53,802 bases of DNA from Octopus sinensis (lineage: Eukaryota), in assembly GCF_006345805.1 (NCBI RefSeq), contig NW_021832633.1, positions 1 through 53,802 on the forward strand. The letters are read 5' to 3'. The position numbers and the translations under genes were made by a program. Positions 51,247-53,802 of the stretch are shown here, in pieces (the first letter of the stretch is position 1; each line of letters starts with the position of its first letter). Below the pieces are notes generated by a model. The model was given only the letters and a program-made list of their open reading frames with translations. It did not search any database and was not told the DNA's origin.

Positions 51247-51968
51247 TCAGCGATTGATATTTCTTTGACATTCTTCGACCTGCCAATATCATCAAGGCAG
51301 CTCATGACACAGATTCAGAAGATCAGGAGGTGAATTGAAAACGCATGGTTACACACACATACGCAGACACACACACACACACACACACATGCACGCACAC
51401 ACGCACGCACACACACACGTACGCACGCACATGCACGCGCATACACACATACACCCAAACAGCACACACACACACACACACGTGTGTATAGACAACGCAT
51501 TCACATACACGCTTGCTCATGCAATTTTACACATATACAGACAAAAGTGTGTGTGCGGGTGTGCGCGCACGCGCTTATGTGTCTCTACAGTGTGTAATTT
51601 ATGCGTACAAACACACACACACACAAACACACAACCACGCAACACACACACATACACACAACACACAAACACACATACACATCCAAACAGCATACACAGA
51701 TATTTAGTCACAACACACTTACAAACATGCTTACACACGCAATTTAAACTCTCGCGCGCACACATATACCCACAAAGGTGTGTGTGTGTGTGTGTGTGTG
51801 TTACGTGTCTCTACAGCGTGTAATTTATGCGTGCAAAAGATATGCGTATGTGTTTCTGTGTCAGCATGTTTATATGTAGTTTTGTGTGTATGCCTGTTAG
51901 CAGAAACGCTTCAGTGCGTGTGTATGCGTGTGCTGCCTGATATGTGTTACTGAATTTGTGCAGTATTT

Positions 51969-52006
<38 letters not shown>

Positions 52007-52330
52007 ATGCGTGTGTTTAGTAGATATGGGCATTGTGTCTCATTCACTGATATGCGACCCTCTGTACGTATGTTGGTGTGTGTGTTGTGAGTTTGCATGT
52101 GTGAATCTGTGTGTATGTATGTTTATATGAGTGTATATGCAATTTGCAAGGTGTTTAATTTGTTTAACTCCAAATTTGTATCTTTGTGCGTATGTTTGCA
52201 TGCATGTTATTACACACACACACTCACACATACACACACACCCAAACATACACATATACCTACTCAGATACATAAACACGCATACACGCACTTGCGAGCA
52301 CTCACACAGACACAAACACACACACACATA

Positions 52331-53095
52331 GCGGTTGTCCTAAAAGTCACTGATGGGTTTCAATTTTTAATAACTTCCTTAACTCTACAAATAAATGCAT
52401 GAAATTTTGATACAATATAAAGGACATAACGGAAATTAGTATGCCCAAGTCAAAATTTGCAACACCGCTACATCACATATGAAAAATGACATTGCTTAAA
52501 TGGCAGCTATTTTCGGCTTCGCACGCCCATGCTCTTTCAAAAACTTGCATCATAACACCCTCAAGAATTTCAGACCCTACCTCTCTATTGATGTTTTCCT
52601 TCAGTTGCATAAGGGTCCCCTATTTGTTGACGTAAACCCCCTCTTTCAGATATCCCCACAAGAAAAAAATCCAGGCGAGTCAAGTCTGGGGAATGTGAAG
52701 GCCAGTTGACATTGCATTAGGAGAGATTATTCGCTCTCCAAAGCACTGCCGTAGCAACTGCATTGTTTTTCTTGTGGTATGAGCAGTTGCACCATCTTGC
52801 TGGAACCATGTGTGAGGTCTACGTTGAATGGCTATCACGTTCCCCACACTTGATTAGCCCTGAATTTTTCTTGTGGGAATAGCTGAAAAAGGTCAAAAAA
52901 CAGGAGACCCTGGTGCAACTGAAGAACATCAATAGAGAAATCAGAGAAGTGGGGTCTCAGAGAAGTGGAGTCTGAAATTCTTGAGGGTGTTATGGTGCAA
53001 GTTTTTGAAAGAGCACGGGCGTATGAAGCTGAAAATGGCTGCCATTTAAGCGATGGCAAAAATTGAAACTCATCAATGACTTTTGGAACACCCTG
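52331..53095. mobile_element. TA-flanked DD41D (rosa-type) Tc1/mariner derivative made of two inverted 3' ends
   Basis: The left arm (minus) reads WFQQ-D-GATAHT...WPSHSPDLTRL-D-FFLWGYLK, with 41 residues between the D's after one frameshift. The right arm (plus) repeats the same C-terminus. TIRs of ~38 nt (cagggtgttccaaaagtcattgatgagtttcaattttt) lie at both ends, with TA at 52329-52330 and 53096-53097. Confidence 0.85.
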
Positions 53096-53109
53096 TATTT
53101 GCATGGTTA

Positions 53110-53802
53110 TGCAGTCTCCAGAAGTTTTAAAAGTTTTTCAGGAAAGACATTTATTAACAGTAAATTATAACAAAATTCTGATCTACTTCAATGTATGATT
53201 CTCTGACTTCACTTGCAGTAGCGCTCCAGTCAGTTCGTGAAGACCCCATGAAAGTCTTCCAAAGTTAACTTGTCCAAGACACCTATCACACCCTCCTTCA
53301 TCTCCTTCATCTGGGTGAAACCAAAAGGATTCTTGAAAAGGTGAAGAATACTTTTGATGCCTATCTCTGTCAAGTAGTTGGTTACCGTGTGAACTGCAGC
53401 ATTGACCCAGTCCAGGTGCTATGGCCATTTGATTTTAACGCTCATGGCTCGAATGATATTCGCTGTCCACTCACATTAGATGTACTCTTTTACACCACTT
53501 TTCTCATCAGACGCAGTCGTGTGTTGAACTTCGGGTCTCCGCCCATGACTGCTAATCCATTTCTTTATGTCGATGGCTACCTTTACCTCTGTCCACTTCT
53601 TTCTCTTTCTACAGTTCCTGAAATGATTGTTTTTTGAAGGTCATTGGATGTTTTTGCTTAACCATAATGTTTCAGCTTTATTTCCACCTTATTATCTTGA
53701 GAAAATTTTCATAGAGTCAAAAGCGTTTTGAATGTTTTGTCCATTCACTCATTCCTGGTATTGTTCAAGCACAAGCTGTCTCAAAGGTTACGGGAGAAAA
53801 CC
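53110..53802 (-). pseudogene. Decayed, internally deleted mariner-like transposase
   Basis: Minus strand has NAAVHTVTNYLTEIGIKSILH and VLDKLTLEDFHGVFTN*LERYCK, typical of mariner C-termini. Confidence 0.6.

Noticed and set aside
38-52402. Dozens of Y/I/H/T-, C/V/M- and S/L-rich ORFs in the track
   Set aside because: They are translations of (TA)n, (CA)n, (CATA)n, (CTAT)n, (GAAA)n, (CTT)n and (TTA)n microsatellites.

Overview
AT-rich, microsatellite-dense eukaryotic DNA, most likely from an octopus or related coleoid cephalopod. That assignment is inferred from the SINE families and repeat landscape, not from a database search. No complete host gene, CRISPR array, rRNA gene or true tRNA gene is supported, and most ORFs in the track are microsatellite artefacts. 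The dominant feature is a head-to-tail pair of near-identical ~6.2-kb Tx1-clade (L1 group) non-LTR retrotransposons at 29591-35799 and 35999-42171. Each has a CCHC-knuckle ORF1 and an APE endonuclease + reverse transcriptase + CCHC ORF2, and each is bounded on both sides by (CTAT)n tracts, suggesting a family that targets (CTAT)n/(ATAG)n. In both copies ORF1 ends in a TAATG stop-start overlap that opens an extra 82-83 aa ORF. Other elements include an R4/Dong-type fragment embedded in (CATA)n, decayed DD34D, DD37D and DD41D Tc1/mariner elements (one an inverted dimer of 3' ends), a 295-bp foldback, a non-autonomous Helitron, a hAT-like MITE, a decayed CR1-like LINE, and many tRNA-derived SINEs including multimers. 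There are a few weak host exon or promoter candidates. Many indels in the LINE pair look like long-read consensus errors, so frame-level conclusions need read-level checks.
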